From a virus, in the IMG/VR virus record IMGVR_UViG_3300028831_000229, positions 1-64,000 of that record: a stretch of DNA of 64,000 nucleotides. One strand, 5' to 3'. A model generated the notes under the pieces. It was not told the origin of the DNA. It saw only the letters and a program-made list of their open reading frames with translations, and searched no databases. A program made the position numbers and the translations under genes. Every line of letters starts with the position of its first letter. Within the stretch, counting starts at the first letter, position 1. Of this stretch, positions 8,786-18,346 are shown one piece after another.

Positions 8786-11425
8786 ATGGGTGGTCAGATC
8801 CTCCAGACCGGCGGTCTACGCAACCTGCTCGACGGTAGCGATCGTCTCGACAAGGTTAGGCGCGACGAATCCGTGCAGGAATCGTGGCGCGATGGTGCGC
8901 TCTGGCCAACCGCACGCTTCATGGGTCACAGCGCCTCGCTGTCAGCGAAGCTCGGTGGCGATGCGGCGAACAAGTCGAGCTGCTACGAGATACCGGGTCA
9001 ACCGACAGCGACTGCCGGTTTCAGCGAGGTGTCGTACCTCGTCAAGAAGACCACGCAGTTCATGTTCAACACGAACGTCGGTGGTGCTGTTGCGACCAAC
9101 ACGACGCTTTCATCGTCAACGCTCTACGTATCGGAGTCGCAGACGATCTCCGTCCCAGAGCGTGCAGAGCGCGTGTTTCACAGCGTGCGCTTGCGCGTGT
9201 GGTTTCGCAATGAGCAAGCCACCACGGCGGTCAACTTCACAGGCACCCGCATCGTCGCTCAGCTCGGAAGCGTGGCTCGTACGTACGATCAAGTCGTAAC
9301 GGTGGCGGCAACGGCATCACGCACCTGGGTGCAGAACATCGACTTCGACATCACCGATCTCTTCGAGGACGCCTTCGGGCTCAGCTCGACGCAGAACACA
9401 TTGAACCTTCAGTGTGCCGTGTCCACGTCTGCTGCATCGCAGGTCAACGGGCACGTGTTCGAGCTGTACGTGACCTACGGCTTCAACCCGAACGAAACGG
9501 TCTCGAACAACACGCGCTGCAAGACCATCCGCTTCCCGATTCACTCGCACTCGACGTTCCTCACCACGACGCAGCAGGAAATTGGAACGGATGGCATCAC
9601 GCCGGCACCGAGCAGCCAGATCCCAGCGCTCAACACCATCCTCCCGGAGTCAGGGAAGGTCTACAAGAAGATCTGGTTGTGCCTTCATGGCAACGACGCA
9701 GGTGCTGCGACGAACAGCTTCACGCCGGAGATCTCGATCGACGGCGGTGCAGCAACGCTCTGTGCGAACATCAACCAGCAGCTGCTGTGCTCGCAGGAGT
9801 GGCGTCACCAGCAGGATCTGACCGCCACCTTGAACCCGGCGACACCGCACACGTTCAGCATGCGCTGCGACGCAACGACCACGAACAAGCTCACCTGGGC
9901 CGGCGGTTTTCTTTGCGTGACGTACACGTACGATCATGCAGCGACGCTCTCCGGTAGCGGTCTGGCGATGTACGAAGCGATCGTTCCGCTCTCGATCGCT
10001 GACTTGACGAGCCCGTACACCGGCGTGCCGTACGACGCGGTGGCTGATGCCAGCGTTGTCGGTGGCACTGGATCGTCCGCGCAGCCGTTCAACTGGCAGC
10101 ACCTGATCATGCAGCTCGACATCCAGGAGCCTGGACCTGTCACGATGGTGCAATCGGGTGCTTGCTGCTACGAGTCCGTGTCGAGTTCGTCCGGTATCTC
10201 TGTCAAGCGTGCCGGCGTGCAGCCTCCACGCACTTGGTCACCCGGCGTGGCCAGCCTCGGCACGGTGCTCGTGGTTCAACGCCTCGACATCGGTTCGAGT
10301 GGCATCACCCTCAATCGCGGCATCAACAGGATCCCGTTCGACATCTACGGTGTCGGTCGTACGTTGCAGGTCGGTAGCTACGCGATCATCAACTACACCG
10401 CAGGTATCAGCGTGGACGCGGACAAGGGCAACCATCCGGTTTACTTCCACGCGCGAGGACTCGATTCAGCGCAGACCGTCAACTCGGTGGAACTCACGCG
10501 TGAAGGTGTTCTCCATCCGCCAGTCATCGCACCACCGTACAAGTTCAGCGGGGTCCTCTTCGAGGCAGTCTTCAGCACAGCTGGCAACATCGGCCTCAAC
10601 CTGGCACTTGAGCAGTTGCCTGGTGAGTTCGACAGCAACGGTTGGGGTCTGGTCGCGCAGACCGCGTCACAGCTCGTCTCGAACACGGCGCCGAACTGGA
10701 TCGGTGTGACCGGTCTGTACAACCGCACGCACTTCGGTGGTACGCGCTTCGATCCGGTTGCGAAGCGCCGCACGATCATGTCGACGCAGAGCAGCTTGAA
10801 CGCGTCGTGGGGTATTTGGTACACGTATCATCAGATCACGTTCCCGGTGGCTGGATTGTTGAACATCGCGGGCTTGCCGGCACCGGCAGGCAAGGTCATC
10901 GAGATCTACGCGCGTGACACCACCGACCCACTCAACCCGACGCAGCTCGTTACCGTGACGACGACGGACGCGACCGGGCACTTCAGCGTGAACGTCATGG
11001 ACAACACGCGCTCCTACTTCGCCAGCTACTCCGAAGGCTCAGTAGCATCGCGGTCGCCTACTGCTACGCCAGGCGCTACGTTCAACATCACCACAACCGG
11101 TGGCGGCGGTGACACCACACCTCCCGTCATCACCATCGTGACGCCGACGCCAGGTCAACCCATCACGCGGCAGACCGTCATCACGGTCGACGTCACGGAC
11201 ACCATCGCGATGCGTCGCGTGATTCTGTACGCGGTGTTCTCGAAGCCGAACGCATGGGAAGTCATCTACGACGGCGAGAGCTTCGGTCCGGCGTACAGCG
11301 GACCGAACAACACCGTGACCACCATTACTGGCGGGTGGGAGTTCCGCGTCCTTCGAGACGGCGGATGGCAGCAGACGCCAGTGCTTCGCGTCATCGCAGT
11401 TGACGCAGCGGGGAACATTGCATGA
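8786..11425 (+). CDS. Large virion/tail-associated protein with C-terminal Ig-like domain
   Basis: About 880 aa, beta-rich; C-terminal GGGGDTTPPVITIVTP..VIAVDAAGN is Ig-like. Confidence 0.6.
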   Translation: MGGQILQTGGLRNLLDGSDRLDKVRRDESVQESWRDGALWPTARFMGHSASLSAKLGGDAANKSSCYEIPGQPTATAGFSEVSYLVKKTTQFMFNTNVGGAVATNTTLSSSTLYVSESQTISVPERAERVFHSVRLRVWFRNEQATTAVNFTGTRIVAQLGSVARTYDQVVTVAATASRTWVQNIDFDITDLFEDAFGLSSTQNTLNLQCAVSTSAASQVNGHVFELYVTYGFNPNETVSNNTRCKTIRFPIHSHSTFLTTTQQEIGTDGITPAPSSQIPALNTILPESGKVYKKIWLCLHGNDAGAATNSFTPEISIDGGAATLCANINQQLLCSQEWRHQQDLTATLNPATPHTFSMRCDATTTNKLTWAGGFLCVTYTYDHAATLSGSGLAMYEAIVPLSIADLTSPYTGVPYDAVADASVVGGTGSSAQPFNWQHLIMQLDIQEPGPVTMVQSGACCYESVSSSSGISVKRAGVQPPRTWSPGVASLGTVLVVQRLDIGSSGITLNRGINRIPFDIYGVGRTLQVGSYAIINYTAGISVDADKGNHPVYFHARGLDSAQTVNSVELTREGVLHPPVIAPPYKFSGVLFEAVFSTAGNIGLNLALEQLPGEFDSNGWGLVAQTASQLVSNTAPNWIGVTGLYNRTHFGGTRFDPVAKRRTIMSTQSSLNASWGIWYTYHQITFPVAGLLNIAGLPAPAGKVIEIYARDTTDPLNPTQLVTVTTTDATGHFSVNVMDNTRSYFASYSEGSVASRSPTATPGATFNITTTGGGGDTTPPVITIVTPTPGQPITRQTVITVDVTDTIAMRRVILYAVFSKPNAWEVIYDGESFGPAYSGPNNTVTTITGGWEFRVLRDGGWQQTPVLRVIAVDAAGNIA

Positions 11426-12507
11426 CCACGCCGAGCTTCGTCTTTCCACTCGTCGACGTTCAACCGTCACCGACCGGGCTCGATACGACGCAGCCGCGTT
11501 CTGCGATCCAGACGCTCAAGCGTTCGTTCCTGCTCGACACCGCGGAAGGTGACTCGCTCACCGTCATCGGTGGCAACTACGGTGTGCCACGTCCACCCCA
11601 GACCGATGACGATGAGATCTTCCGCAAGCTCGTTCCGGTGCTCGCGTGGCAGCCGAAGACGATCAAATTCACGACGTTCATGGTGCTCACCGCGGTGTTC
11701 GGCTCGCAAGCCGACATCGAAACGGCGGGTGGACGCGCGTGGCAAGTCTACGAGCCGAACGCGAACGAGGTTGTGCTCGAGATCCCGTTCAGCCTCATCG
11801 GCGCGACCAACGCGAACGCAACGTACATGCACGGCATCAGTGGCTACGCGATGGTGCCAGCTGGGCCGTCAAACGTGTTCACTGCGACCGGTGACCTGAC
11901 GCAAGGTGCGTCGACGCCGTTGCTGAACGGGTTGAGCATCCAAATCTTCTTCGGTGGCGTATGGAACACGTTCACCGTCAACTCCGCTGTCTACAGCTCA
12001 GGAACGAACACGACGACGGTGCTCGTAACCGGAGGCACCATCCCGGCAGGCGGCGGCCTCTTCGTCATCGAAATCCCGGGTGACGGAGTCACCTCATACC
12101 AAGGCGACTACCTCTCGAACGGTGACTACAACAGCACCTTCGTCTCGTCTGCGGGGCTTCTTCCGACGAACTCGATCCTCGTTCTTGGAGATGCACGCGG
12201 CTTCCTCCGCATCGGTGACACCGTCACGTTGACGTTCGTCGACCGCGTCGAGGACTACACGCTGGTCTCGATCGGCTCCTACAACGCGACCACCAACCAG
12301 ACGCAGATCGTGCTCGACAAGTCGAACATCGCGAGCAGCTCCTCGGGCTACATCCTTCGAGCGATCGAAGAGGTGGGAGGTATCACCACCCCACAGGCTG
12401 ATTTTCGCGTATACTTCACGGGTCTTGGTCTTGTTGACATCGTGACGTTCTACATGAACCTTCTCGTCCGAGCTGCCGGCATCGTCATGCGCATCGAACT
12501 GATTTGA
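11422..12507 (+). CDS. Baseplate wedge protein (gpI/gp7-like)
   Basis: LLDTAEGDSLTVIGGNYGVPRP..DDEIFR and C-terminal LLVRAAGIVMRIE. Confidence 0.7.
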   Translation: MTTPSFVFPLVDVQPSPTGLDTTQPRSAIQTLKRSFLLDTAEGDSLTVIGGNYGVPRPPQTDDDEIFRKLVPVLAWQPKTIKFTTFMVLTAVFGSQADIETAGGRAWQVYEPNANEVVLEIPFSLIGATNANATYMHGISGYAMVPAGPSNVFTATGDLTQGASTPLLNGLSIQIFFGGVWNTFTVNSAVYSSGTNTTTVLVTGGTIPAGGGLFVIEIPGDGVTSYQGDYLSNGDYNSTFVSSAGLLPTNSILVLGDARGFLRIGDTVTLTFVDRVEDYTLVSIGSYNATTNQTQIVLDKSNIASSSSGYILRAIEEVGGITTPQADFRVYFTGLGLVDIVTFYMNLLVRAAGIVMRIELI

Positions 12508-12519
12508 AAGGAGCACCCA

Positions 12520-14196
12520 ATGGCTGGATCTATCGTTAACCCCAAGCGTCCACGCTACCAGTCCAACGAGCGCTTCGACACCAGCGACGCCGATGCGCAG
12601 AGCCGTGCTCCACGTGAGCAAGCGAAAGCGTCCATGCGTGCGGCACACAGCACACCGCGCGCGACAGCCGGTAGCCCGTCAACGATCGGCCTGATCTGTA
12701 CAGGCTTCGAGTTGACGCTGAACCCAACCGGCTCCACTGACGGCAAGGTTCGCGTCGGCACGAACGTTGGCGTTGCCGTGGACTCGGACGGCGGCTTGTT
12801 GATCAAGCCGCAGGGTGTGACGCTCGACCTCGCGATCCCCGTTGGGACCTACCAGATCTACGCGTACTACAGCGAGGTCACCACCGACAACGCACGTCGT
12901 CGCTTCCTGTCAGTGACGTCTCCGTTCGTGGAAACCAGTGGCGCGATGGACACGGCGTACCAGGGTCAGGTCTCGCTGGTTGCACTTCCAGGTGTTGCCG
13001 GCAGCGTCGTACCGGAAGCTGTCGTCAACGGCGTGACGACAGCGCTCTGCTGCATCGGCATCGCAACGAACGGTGGCACCGGCACGATCACGATGACTGG
13101 GTACAACGCTACGACGGCACCGAACGGCACCGACATCGTCAACAGGCTCACCGTTCCGGCAGCGCCGTCTGTGGCACCGACGACGCCCTTCGTGAACGGT
13201 TCCATCAAGACGTTTACCGACATGATGCAGGCGCTTGCGTACATGATCGGGCAGGCGGTCTGGAAGGGCTCGGCAATTTCACCTCCGACCTCGGCGAACA
13301 ACTTTCAAGCGTGGACGCAGCACTCCTCCAGCATCGCGCAGCTGTCCGAGTACCTGACGGCCGGTCTCTTTCACGGCGCCTCGCAGTTCGACAGCACGCT
13401 GCAAGTCGCCGGGTTGCTCACTGCGCTGGCTGGCGTGGCCGTAACCGGTTCGTTGACCGCACACGACAACGTCACGCTGGGAGACACCGGCGCGGATGGC
13501 CTCACCGTCAACGCGACTTCGGTGTTCACGGGAGGCGCGACGTTCAACAACGTTGACGTCACGAGCGGAAGCTCTCTTCACCTGAACGGCACGGCTGCTC
13601 TTGTCGCAGACGGTAACGTGACGCTCGGGAACGCTTCCGGTGACGCGTTGACTGTCAACGCAACGGCGACCTTCCTTGCGTTGCTGACGGCAAGCCTCGG
13701 CATCACGATTCCTTCGGGGCAGAACCTGACGCTGACGAACACCGCTGACTTGAAGCACGGTGCTCGTGTCATCACGTTGCATGCCTCCTCTTTTCGCCCT
13801 GGTAGCTTGTCGACAACACTCAAGATGGAAGGATCTGGTGGCATTCCAGGCACGGCTTGGAGTGGTTGGGGTGTTCAACCCAACAACACGATTGTGTCTC
13901 CTATTCCGCTGAGGGTCGGTGACCGTATCTTGTCGTACAAGTGGTTTTTCTTCAAAGCGAGTAATGCTTCTGCCATGTCGATCAGCATCAGCACCTTTGC
14001 GGGAAGCGCACCCAGAGGCGCAGCACCGGGTGGTACGGATACCGAAGCCACTGTTGGTACGGGAACCACCCAGAATCGCACGCTGTCGTCAATCAACTAC
14101 ACACTGATTGCCGGTGAGCAGATCAACATGCAGGTCACCGCACAAGTTTCTGGTCAAGAGTTCTACAGCGTGGAGATCACGTACGATCACCCGTAA
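12520..14196 (+). CDS. Tail fibre / receptor-binding protein
   Basis: Follows the wedge gene; Gly/Thr-rich; repeated NVTLG..D.LTVNAT motifs; distinct C-terminal domain. Confidence 0.7.
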   Translation: MAGSIVNPKRPRYQSNERFDTSDADAQSRAPREQAKASMRAAHSTPRATAGSPSTIGLICTGFELTLNPTGSTDGKVRVGTNVGVAVDSDGGLLIKPQGVTLDLAIPVGTYQIYAYYSEVTTDNARRRFLSVTSPFVETSGAMDTAYQGQVSLVALPGVAGSVVPEAVVNGVTTALCCIGIATNGGTGTITMTGYNATTAPNGTDIVNRLTVPAAPSVAPTTPFVNGSIKTFTDMMQALAYMIGQAVWKGSAISPPTSANNFQAWTQHSSSIAQLSEYLTAGLFHGASQFDSTLQVAGLLTALAGVAVTGSLTAHDNVTLGDTGADGLTVNATSVFTGGATFNNVDVTSGSSLHLNGTAALVADGNVTLGNASGDALTVNATATFLALLTASLGITIPSGQNLTLTNTADLKHGARVITLHASSFRPGSLSTTLKMEGSGGIPGTAWSGWGVQPNNTIVSPIPLRVGDRILSYKWFFFKASNASAMSISISTFAGSAPRGAAPGGTDTEATVGTGTTQNRTLSSINYTLIAGEQINMQVTAQVSGQEFYSVEITYDHP

Positions 14197-14219
14197 ACGC
14201 CAGCAAAGGAGGCTCTGTC

Positions 14220-14510
14220 ATGTCGCTCAACTACGGTGAAGATGTACCATTCAGCGGGACGGCTACGACGACAGTTGCGTTCGTCCGCATCAAGGATCGA
14301 CGCGGTCGTGAGTCGTTCGCGCGTCGTCTCGTCATCAACAACGAGGACGCTACCAACAACCTGCTGTACACCACCGACAACGGCGTCACGTTCTCGGTGC
14401 TCAAGCCGGGCGTGTCCGCCGAGCTGCTCGCAACGAGCGGCATCATCAGCTTCGGTGTCAAGTCCGCCGCCGCTACGGCAGCCTGGACGGCGCACGCCGC
14501 GGTAGCGTAG
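14220..14510 (+). CDS. Small virion protein, hypothetical
   Basis: GGAGG RBS; beta-rich 96 aa. Confidence 0.5.
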   Translation: MSLNYGEDVPFSGTATTTVAFVRIKDRRGRESFARRLVINNEDATNNLLYTTDNGVTFSVLKPGVSAELLATSGIISFGVKSAAATAAWTAHAAVA

Positions 14511-14517
14511 GATCCGC

Positions 14518-14964
14518 ATGATGGAGCCCGCGAAGCTCACCGTTGACGCTGTCACGAACCTGGCGGTCTATGGACCGTTGGGTACGCTGGCCGCGTTGTG
14601 CATCATCGGCATGATCGCCATGTACAAGGACACGCGCAAGGAGCGTGCTCGGCACAAGGCAGAGCTGAAGGAGAAGGAGACGGAGCACAGCAAGGAGCTG
14701 GCGGCGGAGCGGGCAGTGTTTGCAGCGGAGCGCGAGTCCTGGCGTGTGCAGTTGGCGAACGAGCGCAAGGCATGTGAGGATGAACGCAAGGAAGCCAAGA
14801 TCGAGTACCAGAAGCTCGAAGAGCGCTACATCACCAAGACGGAGAACCAGCTCGAGAAGTACAACCAGCTGACCACAGCGTTGAAGGACGTCATGGGGTC
14901 GGCCGTACGTCGGATGCGTCCGGCACGTGATTCGGATGTCGGGGGAGGACGCGATGACACGTAG
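14518..14964 (+). CDS. Putative holin-like membrane protein with coiled coil
   Basis: One N-terminal TM segment (YGPLGTLAALCIIGMIAMY) then charged coiled coil; end of tail module. Confidence 0.45.
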   Translation: MMEPAKLTVDAVTNLAVYGPLGTLAALCIIGMIAMYKDTRKERARHKAELKEKETEHSKELAAERAVFAAERESWRVQLANERKACEDERKEAKIEYQKLEERYITKTENQLEKYNQLTTALKDVMGSAVRRMRPARDSDVGGGRDDT

Positions 14965-15229
14965 TGGAGCCATGGCAGTGGTCGCCTCAAAGGCGATGCC
15001 GAACACCAATCGCCCGCGTCTTCGTTCAGACGCAGAACTACGCCTCGCCGACCTCGAGCAACGCTCGGCAGCGAGCTACAGCGAGATCGAGACCGTCACC
15101 GAGGATCTGAAACAGCTTGCTGTCGACATCGACGACGCTGTCCCGGTGATGGCTGATGCGTGGGACGACACCTCGATGGTGCACCACGTAGAGGAGGTTC
15201 AGAAGCGAGCGAAGACCGAAGACGATTAG
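14954..15229 (+). CDS. Hypothetical protein
   Basis: GGAGG RBS before ATG 14954. Confidence 0.5.
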   Translation: MTRSGAMAVVASKAMPNTNRPRLRSDAELRLADLEQRSAASYSEIETVTEDLKQLAVDIDDAVPVMADAWDDTSMVHHVEEVQKRAKTEDD

Positions 15230-15238
15230 GAGGACTTC

Positions 15239-15625
15239 ATGTCGGACACGTTCAGCCTCAAGGGTAGCTACAGCGTCATCCACGGCGCAACGGACACCGA
15301 TCCGTCCGCCGATTTCGACATCAGCTCGACGTTCAACGAGACCATGAACGTCAAGCGCAAGTTAGCGCAGACCATCTCACTCGACGCCGACACGGCGGAG
15401 GCGGTCTCGCTCGGGGACCTCGCGCAAGCGCACGTCGTCCTTGTTCGTGCGAGCCAAGACGTCAAGGTGGCACTCACCAGCAGTCACGGCACGCTTCAAC
15501 TCATTCCGGCGGGTAAGGTGTGCTTCATCATGGCCACGGTCGCTCCGATCACGGCGATCCAGATCACCCGCCAGGCAGGCGTCTCGACCACGGTGCGTGT
15601 CGTACTGTGCGAGCTGCAACCGTAG
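15239..15625 (+). CDS. Hypothetical protein, possibly structural
   Basis: AGGAGG RBS; ORF track. Confidence 0.55.
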   Translation: MSDTFSLKGSYSVIHGATDTDPSADFDISSTFNETMNVKRKLAQTISLDADTAEAVSLGDLAQAHVVLVRASQDVKVALTSSHGTLQLIPAGKVCFIMATVAPITAIQITRQAGVSTTVRVVLCELQP

Positions 15626-15647
15626 GGTCGGGCGAAGGGAGAAGACT

Positions 15648-15800
15648 ATGGCCGTTCCGAAGTTCAAGATGCGTTCGAGCTACGACATCAACGACCAGTT
15701 GACGTTCATCCAGACGGATCCGAGTTGTGCGTCGGTGGTGAACCTGTTCTGGGACCCGGGTGGTTCCGGTCAGTGGTTCCTGTTCTACTTGGAGCCGTGA
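15648..15800 (+). CDS. Small hypothetical protein (50 aa, MAVPKFKMRS...)
   Basis: GGAG RBS before ATG 15648. Confidence 0.45.
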   Translation: MAVPKFKMRSSYDINDQLTFIQTDPSCASVVNLFWDPGGSGQWFLFYLEP

Positions 15801-15825
15801 ACGTCGACGGTCCACCAGCGCGGAC

Positions 15826-15856
15826 TTGACATAGGACATATATCTGAGGTATAGCT
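15826..15856 (+). promoter_or_regulatory. Sigma70-like promoter at the start of the replication module
   Basis: TTGACA (15826-31), 18 nt spacer, TATAGC in a locally AT-rich patch. Confidence 0.65.
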
Positions 15857-15864
15857 CGTAGGAT

Positions 15865-16014
15865 ATGGATGACTCGTACCTACTGAACTGCACCAAGGAG
15901 CAGCGAAAGCGCTGGGAGGCTCGTGCCAAGGAAAGTGGCATGAGCCTCGCTGCTTGGATTCGCAAGACGTTGGATGACGGTCCGATCTACATGACGAAGG
16001 TCGTGCGCCGGTGA
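15865..16014 (+). CDS. Ribbon-helix-helix (CopG/Arc-like) DNA-binding protein, 49 aa; absent from ORF track
   Basis: Translated by hand: MDDSYLLNCTKEQRKRWEARAKESGMSLAAWIRKTLDD..; stop overlaps the helicase start (GTGA). Confidence 0.7.
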   Translation: MDDSYLLNCTKEQRKRWEARAKESGMSLAAWIRKTLDDGPIYMTKVVRR

Positions 16015-17444
16015 AGGTCGTCATCACCTTCATGAACTGGACGCGCTGCCAGCTCTCGTTCAAGGGCGGCACGGCCAAGGAGCAGAAGAAGGTCGTGCGC
16101 CTGGTGGACGACGCGCTCGCGGTGGAGATCCCGGGTTCGCACTTCGTGGAAGGCGTGCGCAGCGGCTTGTGGGACGGCCGGCGGCACCTCTTCTACACAG
16201 GTGGCGAGGACACCGGCGGCACGTTCCCTGCCGGCTTGAAGCCGCGCGTCAAGGCTCTGCTCAAGGAATCCGGCTACACGGTCAAGGTCGTGGACAAGCG
16301 CGAGAAGCTGCCGGCACCGGACCTGTCTCGCCTGAAGCCTGGGATGCTCTCAGGCATCACGCTGCGCGACTACCAGCTGGAGAGCGCACGGAAGGCACTC
16401 ACGCGCGGCCACGGCATCCTGTGGCTCGCCACGAACGCCGGCAAGACGGAGGTTGCCAGCGCGATGATCAAGGTGCTCGGTGAGCACCGCACGCTGTTCC
16501 TTGTCCACAAGAAGGGGCTGCTGGTGCAGGCGCGTGAGCGCATCGCGAAGCGCCTCGGCACGATCGAAGAGCACATCGGCATCATCGGCGACGGGCAGTT
16601 CAACCCGAAGCACATCACCGTAGCCACCATCCAGAGCCTCACGCGCAAGGGTCATCCCGCGAAGATGAAGCTCATCGCGCAGTACCTCAAGACGATCAAG
16701 GTGCTGTTCGTGGACGAAGGTCACCACACGAAGGCGACGACCTGGTACAAGCTCATCAACCGCATCCAGGCACAGTTCCGGTTCATCCTGTCGGGCACGC
16801 CGTTCGGCAACGAGAATGGTCTGATGGTCGAAGCTGCCGTTGGTCCGGTCGTGGCGCGTGTCAGCAACGCCAAGTTGATCGAGCTTGGCGTGAGCGCGAA
16901 GCCGACCATTAGGATGCTCGAGGTACGTGAGCCGGAGATCGATGACGGCACCTGGGACGACGTCTACAAGGCCGGCATCGTGCTCAACACCAAGCGCAAC
17001 GAGCTGATCGTCAAGCAGGCGGCGCGCTTCGCGAAGGAGAAGAAGCCGTGCTTGATCCTCGTGAAGGAGCTGTGGCACGGGGACAACCTCGTGACGATGC
17101 TGAAGTCGCTGAAGGTCTCGCACACCTTCGTGCACGGCAAGATGCCTCAGTCGATGATCTCGAAGGAGAAGGCTCACTTCGAGAAGGGCAACTACGCGGT
17201 CATCATCGCGTCGCCGATCTTCGATGAAGGCGTCGACGTGCCAGCAATCAAGGCACTCATCGTCGCGGACGGCGGGCAGAGCGTGCGGAGCGTACTTCAG
17301 AAAATCGGACGCGGTCTACGCCAGAAGGAGGGTGAGAACACGCTGGCGGTCATCGACTTCGCCGACCTGACGCACAAGTGGCTGAGCAAGCACTCGCTCG
17401 AACGGCTGGCCATCTACGAAGGCGAAGGCTTCGATGTCAAGTGA
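16011..17444 (+). CDS. Superfamily 2 DNA helicase (UvsW-like)
   Basis: LRDYQ, ATNAGKT, DEGH, SGT, EGVDVP, QKIGRGLR motifs. Confidence 0.92.
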   Translation: MKVVITFMNWTRCQLSFKGGTAKEQKKVVRLVDDALAVEIPGSHFVEGVRSGLWDGRRHLFYTGGEDTGGTFPAGLKPRVKALLKESGYTVKVVDKREKLPAPDLSRLKPGMLSGITLRDYQLESARKALTRGHGILWLATNAGKTEVASAMIKVLGEHRTLFLVHKKGLLVQARERIAKRLGTIEEHIGIIGDGQFNPKHITVATIQSLTRKGHPAKMKLIAQYLKTIKVLFVDEGHHTKATTWYKLINRIQAQFRFILSGTPFGNENGLMVEAAVGPVVARVSNAKLIELGVSAKPTIRMLEVREPEIDDGTWDDVYKAGIVLNTKRNELIVKQAARFAKEKKPCLILVKELWHGDNLVTMLKSLKVSHTFVHGKMPQSMISKEKAHFEKGNYAVIIASPIFDEGVDVPAIKALIVADGGQSVRSVLQKIGRGLRQKEGENTLAVIDFADLTHKWLSKHSLERLAIYEGEGFDVK

Positions 17445-17598
17445 GCGGCAACGCGCGGCGTCACGACAGATCCGCACACCGAGATCTCGCTCCGGATCTG
17501 CGGTATGCTGGCGTTCTACGTGCGCGTCGCGACTCAAGAAATGGCAAACATGGAGTGCTGGCTTGCGAGGCATGCTGGCATTCCTGCCACAGTCAGAA

Positions 17599-17629
17599 TT
17601 GACAGCGGCGCACGCTTCGCGGTACGACT
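17599..17629 (+). promoter_or_regulatory. Sigma70-like promoter
   Basis: TTGACA (17599-604), 18 nt, TACGAC in an intergenic gap. Confidence 0.5.
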
Positions 17630-17725
17630 GAAGACCTGCGCGTCAACCTCACGTCATGTGACGTGAGCATCGCTGCCGCGTGGACTGGACCGCGGATGTT
17701 CAACCGGCCATGGGGGATCTTGCCG

Positions 17726-18334
17726 ATGAAAGAGAAGACGAGCGTGCAACTACCGAAGCGTGTGAAGAACCAACGGGTGGTCTCGGCGGAGGTGGTGAAG
17801 CTAGCGCGAGAGCTGTGCTCGCTCTACTACGCGGCGTTGAAGAGGTCCCTGCAAGAACAGACACGAGGCAGCCGGGGTGGGCTGCTGGCGATGCACGACA
17901 TGACCACCTACGACTCGCTTGAAGGTAGCTCCAGGCGAGACTTCCGGCGCGCAGCTGAAGCGTGCCTCCAGGTTGGAGCCGATCCTCGCGAGTTCATCAC
18001 GGCGCAGTTTCAGCGCTGGGCAGAGATGAGCCAGCTCAAGAGCAAGATCCTGCTGCCGATGCCAGTGCATCTCGCGAGCGTCGGAGCGCAGGCACGGTTC
18101 ATCCAGTACAAGCTGCGCAAGGCAGAGCGCCAGGACCGTCAGGTGCTCCCGGAGAAGCAGCACCGCAACGAGTTCTTCACCGAGGACCGCAAGCTGAAAG
18201 GTCTCGTCCGCGTGCTCCGACAGCCGGAAGAGGAGGTGCTGACCGAGAAGCCGGAGGAGTTCAGCAAGCAGTACCTCAAGCATCGGGGTGTCTGGAAGCT
18301 GGTCGCCGAGGTCTGGAACGAGCGCCACAACTAG
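17726..18334 (+). CDS. Hypothetical replication protein (loader/initiator position)
   Basis: Sits between the SF2 helicase and DnaB; function inferred from position only; start uncertain. Confidence 0.45.
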   Translation: MKEKTSVQLPKRVKNQRVVSAEVVKLARELCSLYYAALKRSLQEQTRGSRGGLLAMHDMTTYDSLEGSSRRDFRRAAEACLQVGADPREFITAQFQRWAEMSQLKSKILLPMPVHLASVGAQARFIQYKLRKAERQDRQVLPEKQHRNEFFTEDRKLKGLVRVLRQPEEEVLTEKPEEFSKQYLKHRGVWKLVAEVWNERHN

Positions 18335-18346
18335 GAGGTCGTCACC

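Noticed and set aside
6904-14196. Diversity-generating retroelement or invertible fibre cassette
   Set aside because: No reverse transcriptase, invertase or template/variable repeat pair seen in the window
17434-17631. 65-aa ORF after the helicase
   Set aside because: Atypical codon usage and it overlaps the repeat motif and promoter; treated as intergenic
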